Of a DNA stretch of 64,000 nt, positions 45,801-57,200 are shown in pieces. This stretch comes from Nemertoderma westbladi (taxonomy: Eukaryota; Animalia; Xenacoelomorpha): positions 22,022 through 86,021 of the forward strand of contig JAUCBJ010001408.1 of assembly GCA_032718475.1 (NCBI GenBank), written 5' to 3'. The notes below the pieces were generated by a model. It was not told the origin of the DNA. It worked only from the letters and a program-made list of their open reading frames with translations, and did no database searches. Numbering within the stretch: the first letter of the stretch is position 1; every line of letters starts with the position of its first letter. A program made the translations under genes and the position numbers.

Positions 45801-48800
45801 TGAGATTATTCCAAATGCCTGGATGGTCATCCAGTACTCCACCGGTTTCTGGTTGAGGTCTCCTTCGGGCCACCATAGAAATCGTAGGCTATCTCGATCC
45901 CTATCCAACACTTTGACTTGCAAGAACATGCCTTCTATATCGGAGGCGAAAGCAATCGAATATTGTCTCAATCTTAAAAGAATTCCCAACAAAGATTGAA
46001 GTAAGTTGGGTCCGGGTAACAATTCAGAGTTAAGGGATTGACCCATGTAAAGAGCGGAGCCATCAAACACTACTCTCACTTCATTGGGTTTACCGGGTTT
46101 AGGAACGTAATGGTGAGTTAAATAATACGTTCTTTCAGTCACAGGTGTTTCTTCCGGTACCCTCTCCGCGTATCCCTTATTAATAAACTTTTCCAGCTGT
46201 GTTTGATACATTGCTTTCGCTGAAGAATTAGCCGTAAGGCGTCGATGGATTTGCGCGATTCTTTTTTCCGCCAAAGGTCTGTTATTGATGAACTTCGGTT
46301 CTTTCTTGCGAAAAGGTAAACCGACTTCATACCTACCTTGATCTTTGATGAAACGTGTAGTTGTCTCTTGGATCTGCTTGGCCCTTTCCTCTTCCACTGA
46401 TAAGGCCTTATCATAGGAATTGGGCTCTACTGTCTCTTGCGTAAAGAATCGTACAGCATGTTCATCTCGAGTCTTGGCATTACAACGCTCAATGGCGCCA
46501 TTTAACTCGTCGTTATACGCTTCTCGTTCAGATGGATCAAGAAGTTGACATAAGTTAACTTGGTTTTGCCAAGCATTGTTTTCCTTAAGGAGATCGATAG
46601 TATTCTCCTCGTCAAAAAGCTGGTGAATGTCGTCATTATCTGAGGAGTATGGAGTTCCCTCAGTTAAATCGTCTCCTTCACTAGTATCATCTTCCCATTC
46701 ACTCACCTGGCAAACTCGCTCTTGCGGTAGTCTTTCTCTGAGTGTTCTACGGGAAGGTCCAGTAAAGTACCAACCTACTCTAGTTCTTACCGCATAGGTC
46801 TGTAGTGGCTGCGGTTGAGCAGGTCGTTTCTCTAATGTCTCCAGCGCCTCATGCGCGTTTTGGCCGATGAGTATTTGCACTCCAGGATAATCAGTCTGGA
46901 ATCGAGGTATGTTAAGATGTTGGATGCTCTCATCCTCGTCCCAATTATAAAGGTCTGCTTGGGTAGTAGCGAAGTTCTTTATAGCTACCATTTTCACTGA
47001 CCCGATGCTATGTTCTCCTAGTTCGTCCTGTGGGGTAGACAACGCTCCTACATAATAATCCGCTGTTATTGTGGATTTCCAGACTTGCATAATGCCTGAC
47101 ATGTTGAGCGTAGTTCGGAACTTGGGTTGTCCAGCAAATATGTCTTTGGCTAGCTCTTGGTCGATGAATGTTCCTGTACTACCGGAGTCAAGGAGGGCAT
47201 TCACTACGTAACTCCGTTTAGGTCCGTGAATCCTTACCTGGACCACAGGAAATTCTCTAATCCCTACATTGGAAGATGACTCTTTCCAAGCTGGTGGTCG
47301 TTCAGAAGTAGTTAGAGTGAGGTCGCTGTCTGTATCTTTTTCATATGTGAGTGCTCGATACACTGCGGTATTTATCAGGTAACAGGATTCGTTTTCGTCG
47401 GAGAACTCATCCGTATAGAATCCTTCCATCTCAGATTGATCAGTGTCGTTCACATCACTGAATTGGACATGCAGTTCGGAATCACTTACCTGATTCGGAC
47501 TATTTCGCTCGAATTCAGCGTGCAATAAGATATGATGTTTCGCACCACACTTCGCACACCTTATGTCAGAGAAACAGGTACGCCGTTGGTGTCCTTGCCT
47601 GAGGCAATTATAACATAACCGCTTATCCCACATGACTTCACGTCTCTCAGTTAATGATTTCTTCAGGAATTCATCACACATATTCAAACGGTGGGTCCCG
47701 TCACACAGCGCACATTTCAGTTTGATGTTACTCACCTTATTCTGAGTCACATTGTGTACACTTGCCTTTTCTTCGGGCTTTCTCACCTGAATTCTCTTGG
47801 GAGACGTAGGAGGAGTTTTTCTTACCTGTTCTCTCCTGTCATTTGTTCGAGCCCTGAATTTACTCACCTGATCTTTAGGCATTTTATTCACGTAATAAGA
47901 TCTATCGGTGTCCTTCCCGCTATCTTCTCCTTGAGAAATCTGGCTTTCGCCGTCGTCTGTGTAACACACTGGGGTTATCTTTCTCCTAGAGACGGGTTTT
48001 TCACCTACCTTGTTTTCCGGTGTCTTCTCTCTGGATTGCTTGAGGAGTTGCAATTTCACTTCTCCATCCAGGAATGACATGAGATCTGCCATGGTAGGGT
48101 CTCGTCGTTGTTGTTCCATCATATATAGTACTTTCTTATCCCAGCGTGTGCCTACCCCACCTTTCGGTAAAGTAGCAGCCACAGCTCCAATGACCATAGA
48201 ACTTTGGTATTCATGAGACTTACCTAACCAATCTAATTGTCTACAGATCTCTTGAATCTCATTGGAAAACTCTATTATCCCACTGCTGATGAACTTTCTG
48301 GGCGCTACTAATTTCGCATATAAATACTTAGCGATGTTATTCCTATTACCATACCTGATGTTTAGTGTATCCCAAACTTGTCTCAATCCGTCTGGATGTC
48401 CAATAAACTTTAATGCCATTAACTTGGGAGATCCTTCCAAGCACTCTATGAGGAACCTAAGTTTCTCTCCATTAGACAGTACAGAGTTCTGTATGTTATC
48501 TTTGTAATATTCATTAAAAGGTAACCATTTCATCTCATCTCCATTGAACTTGACGATCTCTCCAACCTTTACCGCTTGCCGGGCTTCGGTTCTAGCCATT
48601 TGACGCGTAAAACTTTCTTGGGCCATCGTGTTATTTAATATCGAGTTATCGGTATATAAATTTCTCGGATTATGATCCGGTCTATAGGGAATATCATTAT
48701 CAACAGGTCTATAATTACCCTTAATAGGGTTCACTATAGGAGTTTCTACTTCGCTAGCAGTATAGATGCGTGTAGGCTCCACACGTTGCGCATGAGATAC

Positions 48801-50906
48801 TTCAGACCTAACGGGTTGACACATTGTTACAGAGGGTGGTGGTATACCCTTTTGGGTATTTACTAATTTATTGCGCTCTAGCGCGATACTTTGCTGCACT
48901 TCTTGCAACTCTAGTCTACTTTCCCTTACCGTGCCCTTAAACTGCTGGACAGTCTCCTGCATCTGCCCGAGCAAAATATCCATCCCCCGTCGTCTCTCGT
49001 CCACCCATTCGACCGCCGAAGCGGGAGTCGCCAACGATGTAGCAGGCGGACGAGGGACAACGGGCGACAAATTATGAATATTTCGCTCGGGGTCCAGGAC
49101 CTGAACTGTCTCCTGGGCAGTTCTACGGGGCACAGGTAGCTTAGTGCTGTGCAGAGGGAATTTAGAGGTAACTTCAGGGAGCACAGGTGTGTCTATCACC
49201 GAAGGGGTGATTTCAAGAACAGGCCTAATTATTTCAGGCTCATCTACTATAGTAGGGAGTCTTTCTATTTTAATTATTTGGTCTGTGGGTTCTGTACTAC
49301 CTAAATTGGTGCTATTTAGTTGCCTTCTAACAGCTGGAGGCAAATCAGGCAATTTTTGACGGTGGAACGTTCTTTTACGTCTGCTTAGACGAGATCTATT
49401 TCCTTTGCCTTCAGTATCGGTGGTATTGCCTTCCTCAGATGATGTATATCCCTGTCTTTTGGGAGTAGATCGATTCATCATCTGCATATTACTAGCTGTT
49501 AACTGTTTGTTTATGCAGTCTTGATTCTCTTGAATGTTTTCCAATTCTAATTGGTTGGTTTCTTCAGCCGCTCTCCGTTCTGCTTCTACCACTGCCTCCG
49601 CCACCTTTCTTTCCGCTTCGGCTGCTGCCTTTGCCTCTGCCGCTGCCTCTGCCGCTGCCGCTTTTGCCTCTGCCGCTGCCGTTTTTCTTTCAGCCTCTGC
49701 AGATGCCACTGCTGCTGCTACTGCCGCTGCCTTTCTGTCTTCTATACGTTTTTTCTTTACTTGTTCTTCTCTTTCTCTAGCGATGCGGAGTTGTTCATCG
49801 AATTTAGCTTGGTTCGCCGCTAACCTATCTACATCAATTGCATCCAACACAAGTTTGGCTCCTTCGCTATTAGGGCTAAGTCCCTCTAACCTTCTCCTCA
49901 ACTCTGCGTCTCCTACAAAGCGCTGATAGTCTGACAGATAGATGTCAATTGCATCCTTCTTATGTGGTTTCTCTGCCGTCGCTTCACTTTCCACTTGGGA
50001 AAAAGTAGCGTCGGTTGATTCTCCATGGGTTGAGCGCTCCTCCAACTGAGCTTTCCACTGAGCTGCTCCTTGAACCTGGCGTCTCACTCGTTGAAACCAA
50101 GTCTTCACGGCAACTTGCAACGACGTGTCTTGTCTTCTTTTAGAAGCCTCCTCAAAGGCGGATAAGATTAGCCTAATTCGCAGAACTCTTTCTCTAACTT
50201 GATAAAGCAGCGATCCCTGCTCTTGAGGTCCTTGAGGTTGTTGAAACAGTTGTTTTTCTACTCGCTCCATAGAGCTGAAGAATCCTTGTGCGTATCCGGC
50301 TGCGGACCTCTTCCATACAGCTGGATCGATGGTTTCCTTGGCTACTCCCATCCGGTGTATGTCTTCCCAGGCAGCTTCTGATAAATCAAACGGGAGTCCG
50401 GGTCCGGGGAAGTTCCATTGTGACTCGACAATAGACTTCAGTTCTTCACTCGTGTATCCCGCATAACTATCTCTAGTTGGTCGTTGACTTCTCGCCCAAT
50501 CGATCTGGTGTTCTTCCACCGCGATCAATAACCTAGTGAGTACGGCTGCAGGAAGGATGAGAAGGGGATCCGTATAAACCGCATCCGTCATCTCTGCTCC
50601 GCGCTCGGGTGTCAGCTCTACAGTATCCTCACTACTGGAGCTGCTGGGCCGCTGAGTAATAAGTTCTTGACTCGCGGGTTGTTGCTGTTCCGCTGCTTCT
50701 TGATCCCGCTTGACCTGAGCTCGGGTGCCTATGATAGACCTACGATGTTGGACTAGCCTAGGTTCTGTTATTACTACTGGAGGGATGGCCTTCCTCACAG
50801 TGGGAGGTGAACTGAACTTACGACTAGAGGGTTCTACACCTCTATCTGAGTCGCAGATAGTTACATCTAATAGACTGTCTGACAGGTTCTGCTTAGTATC
50901 AGACAT
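42819..50906 (-). CDS. gag-pol: BEL-B intact Gag-Pol polyprotein (2695 aa)
   Basis: KFNGD..W, EKLRFL. CALCDGTHRLNMC / CYNCLRQGHQRRTC / CAKCGAKHHILLH. LLDSGST. YMDD. HVFGDASD. HSKLYHAG..CIPC, DLFGP, SDKGTNF, GGSWERL. Confidence 0.97.
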   Translation of the reverse strand: MSDTKQNLSDSLLDVTICDSDRGVEPSSRKFSSPPTVRKAIPPVVITEPRLVQHRRSIIGTRAQVKRDQEAAEQQQPASQELITQRPSSSSSEDTVELTPERGAEMTDAVYTDPLLILPAAVLTRLLIAVEEHQIDWARSQRPTRDSYAGYTSEELKSIVESQWNFPGPGLPFDLSEAAWEDIHRMGVAKETIDPAVWKRSAAGYAQGFFSSMERVEKQLFQQPQGPQEQGSLLYQVRERVLRIRLILSAFEEASKRRQDTSLQVAVKTWFQRVRRQVQGAAQWKAQLEERSTHGESTDATFSQVESEATAEKPHKKDAIDIYLSDYQRFVGDAELRRRLEGLSPNSEGAKLVLDAIDVDRLAANQAKFDEQLRIAREREEQVKKKRIEDRKAAAVAAAVASAEAERKTAAAEAKAAAAEAAAEAKAAAEAERKVAEAVVEAERRAAEETNQLELENIQENQDCINKQLTASNMQMMNRSTPKRQGYTSSEEGNTTDTEGKGNRSRLSRRKRTFHRQKLPDLPPAVRRQLNSTNLGSTEPTDQIIKIERLPTIVDEPEIIRPVLEITPSVIDTPVLPEVTSKFPLHSTKLPVPRRTAQETVQVLDPERNIHNLSPVVPRPPATSLATPASAVEWVDERRRGMDILLGQMQETVQQFKGTVRESRLELQEVQQSIALERNKLVNTQKGIPPPSVTMCQPVRSEVSHAQRVEPTRIYTASEVETPIVNPIKGNYRPVDNDIPYRPDHNPRNLYTDNSILNNTMAQESFTRQMARTEARQAVKVGEIVKFNGDEMKWLPFNEYYKDNIQNSVLSNGEKLRFLIECLEGSPKLMALKFIGHPDGLRQVWDTLNIRYGNRNNIAKYLYAKLVAPRKFISSGIIEFSNEIQEICRQLDWLGKSHEYQSSMVIGAVAATLPKGGVGTRWDKKVLYMMEQQRRDPTMADLMSFLDGEVKLQLLKQSREKTPENKVGEKPVSRRKITPVCYTDDGESQISQGEDSGKDTDRSYYVNKMPKDQVSKFRARTNDRREQVRKTPPTSPKRIQVRKPEEKASVHNVTQNKVSNIKLKCALCDGTHRLNMCDEFLKKSLTERREVMWDKRLCYNCLRQGHQRRTCFSDIRCAKCGAKHHILLHAEFERNSPNQVSDSELHVQFSDVNDTDQSEMEGFYTDEFSDENESCYLINTAVYRALTYEKDTDSDLTLTTSERPPAWKESSSNVGIREFPVVQVRIHGPKRSYVVNALLDSGSTGTFIDQELAKDIFAGQPKFRTTLNMSGIMQVWKSTITADYYVGALSTPQDELGEHSIGSVKMVAIKNFATTQADLYNWDEDESIQHLNIPRFQTDYPGVQILIGQNAHEALETLEKRPAQPQPLQTYAVRTRVGWYFTGPSRRTLRERLPQERVCQVSEWEDDTSEGDDLTEGTPYSSDNDDIHQLFDEENTIDLLKENNAWQNQVNLCQLLDPSEREAYNDELNGAIERCNAKTRDEHAVRFFTQETVEPNSYDKALSVEEERAKQIQETTTRFIKDQGRYEVGLPFRKKEPKFINNRPLAEKRIAQIHRRLTANSSAKAMYQTQLEKFINKGYAERVPEETPVTERTYYLTHHYVPKPGKPNEVRVVFDGSALYMGQSLNSELLPGPNLLQSLLGILLRLRQYSIAFASDIEGMFLQVKVLDRDRDSLRFLWWPEGDLNQKPVEYWMTIQAFGIISSPSNACSVVRTTAEDNREAFSKEVIDNIKRDIYMDDNLKSLPSVEEAIEVAKGTVECLKRGGFRLTKFTSNSREFLESIPAEDRGAKDLDLIKDDLPETKTLGLKWDTERDILFFQLKQRDNPVRTKRICLSILSTYFDPLGFISPVILIARSLVQQMWLENHSWDDPLKGELLKKWMKWEDSLPAIEDFIISRSYFGHVLPTYSYQLHVFGDASDMGIGIVAYLRVETPDGIKVALVTSKALINNKLKVPRAELKAALYATAIGRNVTEQIDYPLEKTVYWTDALLVLEYITNEVCQFSVFVTNRVAIILSRTTMDQWRHCPGTINPADIASRGATPKELVNTPEWLGGPNFLYQEEEEWPPHLTTAEIRQAKGAEKVKPKTRASKSKLFKSAVDLSVLFTSGEDALDQKPTATTKEVLEIRDKDWKSGIPDITQGLSPLLQRAIRHYSSWNRLCKAVTYLKRCFHHRYSGTKVNSDEAPSTSARVHVVKDLPKYKISDRFLKEKISYHEHDETNKQMLRLLQCYEDSDKYFLLLRNPQMRLRDRFSSTMIDGLIRVGGRLTNAPLSFDTKFPILIRNLDIQIKIIVDVHSKLYHAGRERVLSEIRTRYYFYKPRRDLNQVLRNCIPCRKAFSRPLTQREAELPRERVSFYEPPFTNTGVDLFGPIEVYRARTIVKRWCVIFVCMTCRAIHLDMVNDLSTNSFVLSLRRQIARFGTSNTMRSDKGTNFIGANNEIQAYVKDWNIRQVDDQLRITASSWTFNAADAPWWGGSWERLIRSVKTAFHFIVPCCAYLTDELLRTLMEEIAAYLNERPLMPVSSNPDSLEALTPAHFLLKKPVAMLPRSEITDGDEYCRRTWQLMQLLSRRFADHFEKHYLPTLQLRTKWFAQQQNVSAGDMVLIVDPDLPRKRWQTGRIIETYISSDGLVRSVELVVMRRNFKKPGIVFETQQLNRPVGRLCLLERDRELCGNYGRQETLPTTTSLIQPTSRDSPT

Positions 50907-52249
50907 ATTTGTATGTACAGTTGAATGCCTACTGCTATATTACAGTCTAAGCAAGTCTAGTAATTCAGTATTAACTACTAGCCTAGTAATTAATTACCGA
51001 TATTGCTACTCAATGTAGAGTGATATATATATAATATATTAGAATACCGGTATGCTTATATTATATATAAGTATTATTACAGACTAGGTTTATCTCAGAA
51101 TACCGGTATAATTTTAGCACAAATATATAAATATATAATAGGCCTATTGGGAATACCGGTATACAGCTTACAGTTTGTAGTATATATAATTCTGGACTAG
51201 AATTAATTACAAGTACCGGTATAATTTCAGCCTAAATTTACAGAAATAAAGATAATAGGCCTAGCGTAAATACCGGTATATCAATTATTTTTAAATAATT
51301 GAATTTCTGTACTTTAAGGTTACTTGGTTACTTTACTTACTTTATTACCGTTATTTGAGCAGTAGTCCAACTGATATTGAGACCTAATGGTTGTATGGTA
51401 GGCCTACTATTTATAAATTGTTAGATTTGATTTATAATATTTATATACCCGTTTTAATGGGTTTTGTCAATGTTGAAATAAATGTTATTATTTCTGGGGG
51501 GTAATCACTGCACAAAGCGGTGTGCTTTCAGTGAAGTGTTACTTATAGGACACTAAAACAAATAATTCTAATTTACCTAAGTTACTTAATACTACAAATT
51601 ACGTACAATTCGGGTTGAGATTACAATCTCTAAATAAACACAAAAATTTACAAAAAAACACAAAATACGAATTTTTTAGGGTAATTTTACAAGAAGTCTA
51701 CAAACCAGCCTAACAAAGGGTTAGAGTCTGGTTATTACAACGAACAGGGTACTACGGTATTTGAAAATAATAAGTAGTAGTAAATACACTGCGTTGTCTA
51801 GATAGGAAAATACCACCGCCTAACGACCTATGGCCGTATCGCTATAGGTTCTACGTTATGTATCATGGAGTGTTCCTACCTAGAAGTTAATAGAGCTAAT
51901 CGAAGGTGCCTATCAACCACTTTACAACACAAATATAATGCCTACAATAATTACTTTCGGAAAGCACTGTACACTAAACCCTAAATTAGGTACGAGTACT
52001 TGTATAACAGATAATCAGTAGTTAAATATACTTGAACAGTTAAAGGAACCACGGCATCTGCTGGAGTGACCGATGCACAAAATCACCAGTCTTTACCTAC
52101 GCCGAGCAGCCCGTGTAGTACCGGGGTTAATTTAACTATAGCGGTATGTATAACAAACACAATTACTGTAGGAACAAACTTGGGGAATGAATGTTGCTGA
52201 TAATCGCATAAACTCTGAATAATAAATATTACGCTACGCGTACAAACTA

Positions 52250-52790
52250 CTCAAACAAAATACAGACCGAACACTGACAGGCTACTATCAAGCCTAAACA
52301 AACTACGGTATATGCAGACTCCGAAATGATTAGGGAGTATGCGCTCTAACCCAGTAGTGCGACTTATTCTTTAGTTGGGGGTTTACCTTACAGCGTTCGC
52401 TGCCCCTACTTCCTAACCGTACTTAATCGGACAGGTGATCTACACACACTGCAATCCGTTCAGACCCAATAACAGCCAGACAACTATCCAGCCTACAAAT
52501 TTTCTAAATAAAATTATACGCTACCCGTACAGACTTACACAAACAAAGTACAGACTAAACAATGGCAGACTACTCTCAAGCCTAAATAAACCACAGGACA
52601 TGCAGACTCCGAAATGATTAGGGAGTATGCGTTCTAACCCAGTAGTACGACTTATTCTTTAATTGGGGGTTTACCTTACAGCGTTCGCTGCCCCTACTTC
52701 CTAACCGTACTTAATCGGACAGGTGCTCTACACACACTGCAATCCGTTCAGACTTAACAGCAATCAGACAACAGCTCAGCCTACAAATTG
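52250..52790. repeat. Tandem duplication (period 288 bp) in the BEL-B leader
   Basis: GCAGACTCCGAAATGATTAGGG... occurs at 52314 and 52602. Confidence 0.9.
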
Positions 52791-53072
52791 TCTGTACAAT
52801 CTGATCAGGTTTACACGCCTTCTGTTCAATACTGGCCTACAAACAAATAAAACTTGACAGAGATAAGTAAAAATCTCAATAAAAAACCAGGGCTGCAGTC
52901 CCTGATTAATTATTAAGGCCTACCGGTATACAACTATCAAAATCGAATAATACTGCTGTACTTATACGGAAGTACCGGTTCTTGCAGTTGGGCCTACTGA
53001 CCTACAGATGTACCGTTCAGGTTTACCGGTTGACCGGTACTTTCAACTTTATTGCTTACTGCAATAAAGAAG

Positions 53073-53085
53073 ATATATCCTTTAA
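53073..53085 (-). promoter_or_regulatory. Non-tRNA primer-binding site of BEL-B (TTAAAGGATATAT), complementary to LTR-internal 53850-53862
   Basis: Exact 13-nt inverted match, abutting a TGTTCG that resembles the BEL-A U5 end TATTCG. Confidence 0.7.
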
Positions 53086-54291
53086 TGTTCGCGCTTTCAG
53101 ACCTTTGACAGTTTAACCCGCCAAATTATGATGTCTTCTAGATATTAAATCGCTTTTCTGCCTATGACAAGTATTTGATTCACTACACTAGTCGAAACCA
53201 ATCCGTGCGCGATCATTCACCCGCTGGTTATACCCGGGAGATTGGGTTCGACGGTTTAATCTTATTGCTATGTAAGCCTAATGTATTATTCGACTGACAG
53301 TATTATATAATCTCTGACAATATTATTCACCTTCGGGAAATATTAACAGTTCCTTTAGGACGTGGCGCTCTATCTATATAAACAGAGTTATGACTTAAAC
53401 TACTCACAACGATATGGTTTAATTATAATTAACATATATGGCGCATTCTTTAGGAAATGCTTCTTTAACAGACTCACGCATACACAATGCTGCACAATAC
53501 TGCACACTAATCTGCCGATCTTCACTGATTTTAGTCACATATAAAAGGAACACAGGCTGACTCATGTAGGGTCTATCAAATAACATTAGATTCACTTCAA
53601 ACCACTTTAACATAAGTCACAATCGTTTATCTGTAACCTTTCTCTCTTACCTTCGGTATATCAAGAATATTGGGTTTCGGGGTTGTTTCTCGTTATTCCA
53701 AATATAATAATTCATCCACAAATATAATGAATAACCGACAGCAAATAGCAGTATAAAACAACAACTGAACACTGATTGTTATGAGTTTGCAATGTTTCAG
53801 CAGTCAGTAGTATGCCGTGCGTTTGGTATGGTTAGGTGCGTTTTGCCAGTTAAAGGATATATGTCCTTATAATTAAACCTACTAGTGTTGAGCTAAAAAG
53901 CAGAAAAGCACAAAACACTATAAAGCCGTTCTTTCGTGGCTTTGAAAAACTCGTGACTACGAGAATACCAACTACACTTATTCCACGAAGCTCCCGTTCA
54001 ACACAGAGGATGAGCAGTGAGATAGGAAAATTTCAGTTCAGTAGCTCAGGATTGGTTAAAATCCAGGATAACTCAAATTCTATTGGGAGATACAAAACAG
54101 GGCTATGACGCAACCCTCTTAGGCTAGTTGGACGATTAAACAGAGCCCAGATACCTGCATACCGCAAATCAGCCAATAAGCTGGTAGCTTACACTATTTT
54201 AACTATAGATCCCCTTTTGAGTATTTCTAGCGACAGGGGGGGAACTGGTTGGCAAGGCAAACGAATCAGTTATCCCACAAAAGCTTTTACA
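53086..54291 (-). repeat. BEL-B 5' LTR (inferred 1206 bp, TG...CA)
   Basis: 53609-54291 is supported by the second copy. The extension to 53086 is inferred from ...GCGAACA, its similarity to the BEL-A end and the adjacent self-complementary PBS. Confidence 0.75.
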
Positions 54292-57200
54292 CAAGTTTCA
54301 GCACAAAAGCATTAAAAACAACCCAATGAGATCAGGTTTTCACTATCGGACAATTCGCCCTCTAGCGGCAGATGGGGGAACTTCAGACGGCTCTGAGTAT
54401 TACGTTGCAACGAGTTAGGGCGAGACCTATCTAACGAGCTATAGTAAGCGAGATTTCATGGAGATTAGATGTATAATATTAGATAAAATAATAATACAGT
54501 AAGTATAGGCCTACAGAAATAATTATTTTACTTTTAATATTCATAACAGTAAAACAAAAATGTTATAACCCTCTCCTTCCATGCAGCCAATGATTGAGAA
54601 AGCAGAATTACTCTTGAGCAATTCGCAATAGACAACCCAAACCCACCCCAATCAACACTCCAGCCTGCTTGCTCCTTATCTGTGCCCAGCCAGCTAGCTG
54701 CGAGTTCAATAATTACCTTAACGTTGCTATGATACAGAAAAAAATCCTTCCCTATTCAATAAGAATAGGCCAATTCGATCGTGCTTGGCGAATATGACAT
54801 ATTTATACACTATTTGCTTTTTAATCAATAAATAATCATACATATTTATATTAAACACTCGAATAAAATAAAAACTTTGTGAGAATGGGACACGGCGAAT
54901 CTACCCATGTTAATTTTATACCAGGTGGGATAAATGTTAGCCCTCTAAATCATTAATTACCGATAGAAGAACCGAAATAATTCGATAAATTTCGCCCGAA
55001 AATCACGAAAATCGCCCAGCGGCAGACGGGCGAACTTCCGACGGCTCTGAGTATTACGTTGCAACGAGTTAGGGCAAGACCTTTCTAACGAGATATAGCA
55101 AGCGAGATTTCATCGAGATGGGTTCGATTGTATAGCCGATGACAAACACACAGACAGACAATCGATATTTATATATATAGACTAGAAAGCCTGTGGCCCT
55201 TCGGGCCACAGCTTTCTAGTGCACGTGCAGATGATATATGAATATGTGTGGGAGATTGGAGAACTGCATACGGAACAGACACCATCATTAAATAAAACAC
55301 CACCCCCATAAGAGATAACTGTCAAGTTTCAACTTTAGTCAGATTGTAAATAACAAAATTTCCAGAAAATGATCACTTTCAGATCCACCCTCTACCTGCG
55401 GACTGGTGAATGCAGACGGCGCTGCAGTTTGGTAAAGATGGGGTTTATGGTGAAGTAAAATGCCTGCCTTTCAAGTTTCAGCTTAAACAGATTGTAAATA
55501 ACAAAATTGGTGTAGATGTTCACATTCAGACTTCTAGCGGTAGACTGAAGAACTGTAGACGACTCTGGGACTCCGTAAAGATACAGAATATGCTGTAGTA
55601 GATTCCTGCCAAGTTTCAGCTCAAAGGGATTAAAAAGAACCAATTGGGATGAGGTGTTCACTATCAGACAATTCGCCCTCTAGCGGCAGATAGGGGAACT
55701 GTATACAATTCTGCGACTCCGTAAAGGTAGAGCCTATGCTGTAGTAGATGCCTACCAAGTTTCAGTCTAAACCGTTTGTAAATAACAAAGTTGGAGAAGA
55801 TGTTAACTTTCAGACATTTCACCCTCTAGCGGTAGACTGGGGAAGTGTATAGGACTCTGCAACTCCGTAAAGATAGAGCCTAGGATGTAGTAGATACCTG
55901 CCAAGTTTCAGCTCAAAAGGATTAAAAAGAACCAAATGGGATGAGGTTTTCACTATCAGACAATTCGCCCTCTAGCGGATGACTGTGGAACTGTAGACGA
56001 CTCTACTACTCCGCAAAGATATAGCCTATGCTATAGTATAGGCCTAAGTTTCAGTCTAAAAGGATTGTAAATAACAAAGTTGGATGAGATGTTAACTTTC
56101 ATACATTTCGCCCTCTAGCGGCAGACGCGGGTAATGTAGACAACTCTGCGCGACTCAGTAAAGATATAGCCTATGCTGTAGTAGATGCCTACCAAGTTCA
56201 GTCTAAATGGATTATAAATAATAAAGTTGGAGAAGATGTTAACTTTCAGACATTTCGCCCTCTAGCGGTAGACTGGGGAATTGTAGACGACTCTGCGACT
56301 CAGTAAAGATACAGCCTTTGCTGTAGTAGATGCCTACCAAGTTTCAGTCTAAACGGATTGTAAATAACAAAGTTGGAAAAGATGTTAACTCTCAGACATT
56401 TAGCCCTCTAACGGTAGACTGGGGAACTGTGGACAACTCAGTGACTCCGGAATTATAAAGCCTATGCTGCTGCTGCAGTATATAGCAACCAAGTTTCAGC
56501 TCAAAAGCATTAAAAACAACCCAATGAGATCAGGTTTTCAGTATCGGACAATTCGCCCTCTAGCGGCAGACGGGAAACTTCAGACGGCTCTGAGTATTAC
56601 GTTGCAACGAGTTAGGGCGAGACCTATCTAACGAGCTATAGTAAGCGAGATTTCATCGAGATTAGATGTATAATATTAGATAAAATAATAATACAGTAAG
56701 TACAGGCGTAGAGAAATAATTATTTTACTTTTAATATTCATAACAGTAAAACAAAAATGTTATAAACCTCTCCTTCCATGCAGCCAATGATTGAGAAAGC
56801 AGAATTACTCTGAGCAATTCGCAATAGACAACCCAAACCCACCCCAATCAACACTCCAGCCTGCTTGCTCCTTATCTGTGCCCAGCCAGCTAGCTGCGAG
56901 TTCAATAATTACCTTAACGTTGCTATGATACAGAAAACAATCCTTCCCTATTCAATACCAATAGGCCAATTCGATCGTGCTTGGCGAATATGACATATTT
57001 ATACACTATTTGATTTTTAATCAATAAATAATCATACATATTTATATTAAACACTCGAATAAAATAAAAACTTTGTGAGAATGGGACACGGCGAATCTAC
57101 CCATGTTAATTTTATACCAGGTGGGATAAATGTTAGCCCTCTAAATCATTAATTACCGATAGAAGAACCGAAATAATTCGATAAATTTCGCCCTAAAATC

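Larger units (their letters stand above)
39073..54291 (-). mobile_element. BEL-B: BEL/Pao LTR retrotransposon (~15.2 kb), 3' LTR truncated
   Basis: 683-bp direct repeats 39073-39755 and 53609-54291 with 2 differences seen. Intact gag-pol. Inserted in the Helitron array. No TSD recoverable. Confidence 0.95.

Noticed and set aside
51871-52176. 9-nt inverted match TGTTCCTAC / GTAGGAACA as the BEL-B self-priming site
   Set aside because: Short enough to be chance, not next to an LTR-like end, and superseded by the 13-nt match at 53073.
53586-53604. TGGTTTGAAG... as a tRNA PBS at the apparent 53609 LTR boundary
   Set aside because: Not recognisable as a tRNA 3'-end complement. That boundary lacks CA and a TSD and is better explained by truncation of the other LTR.
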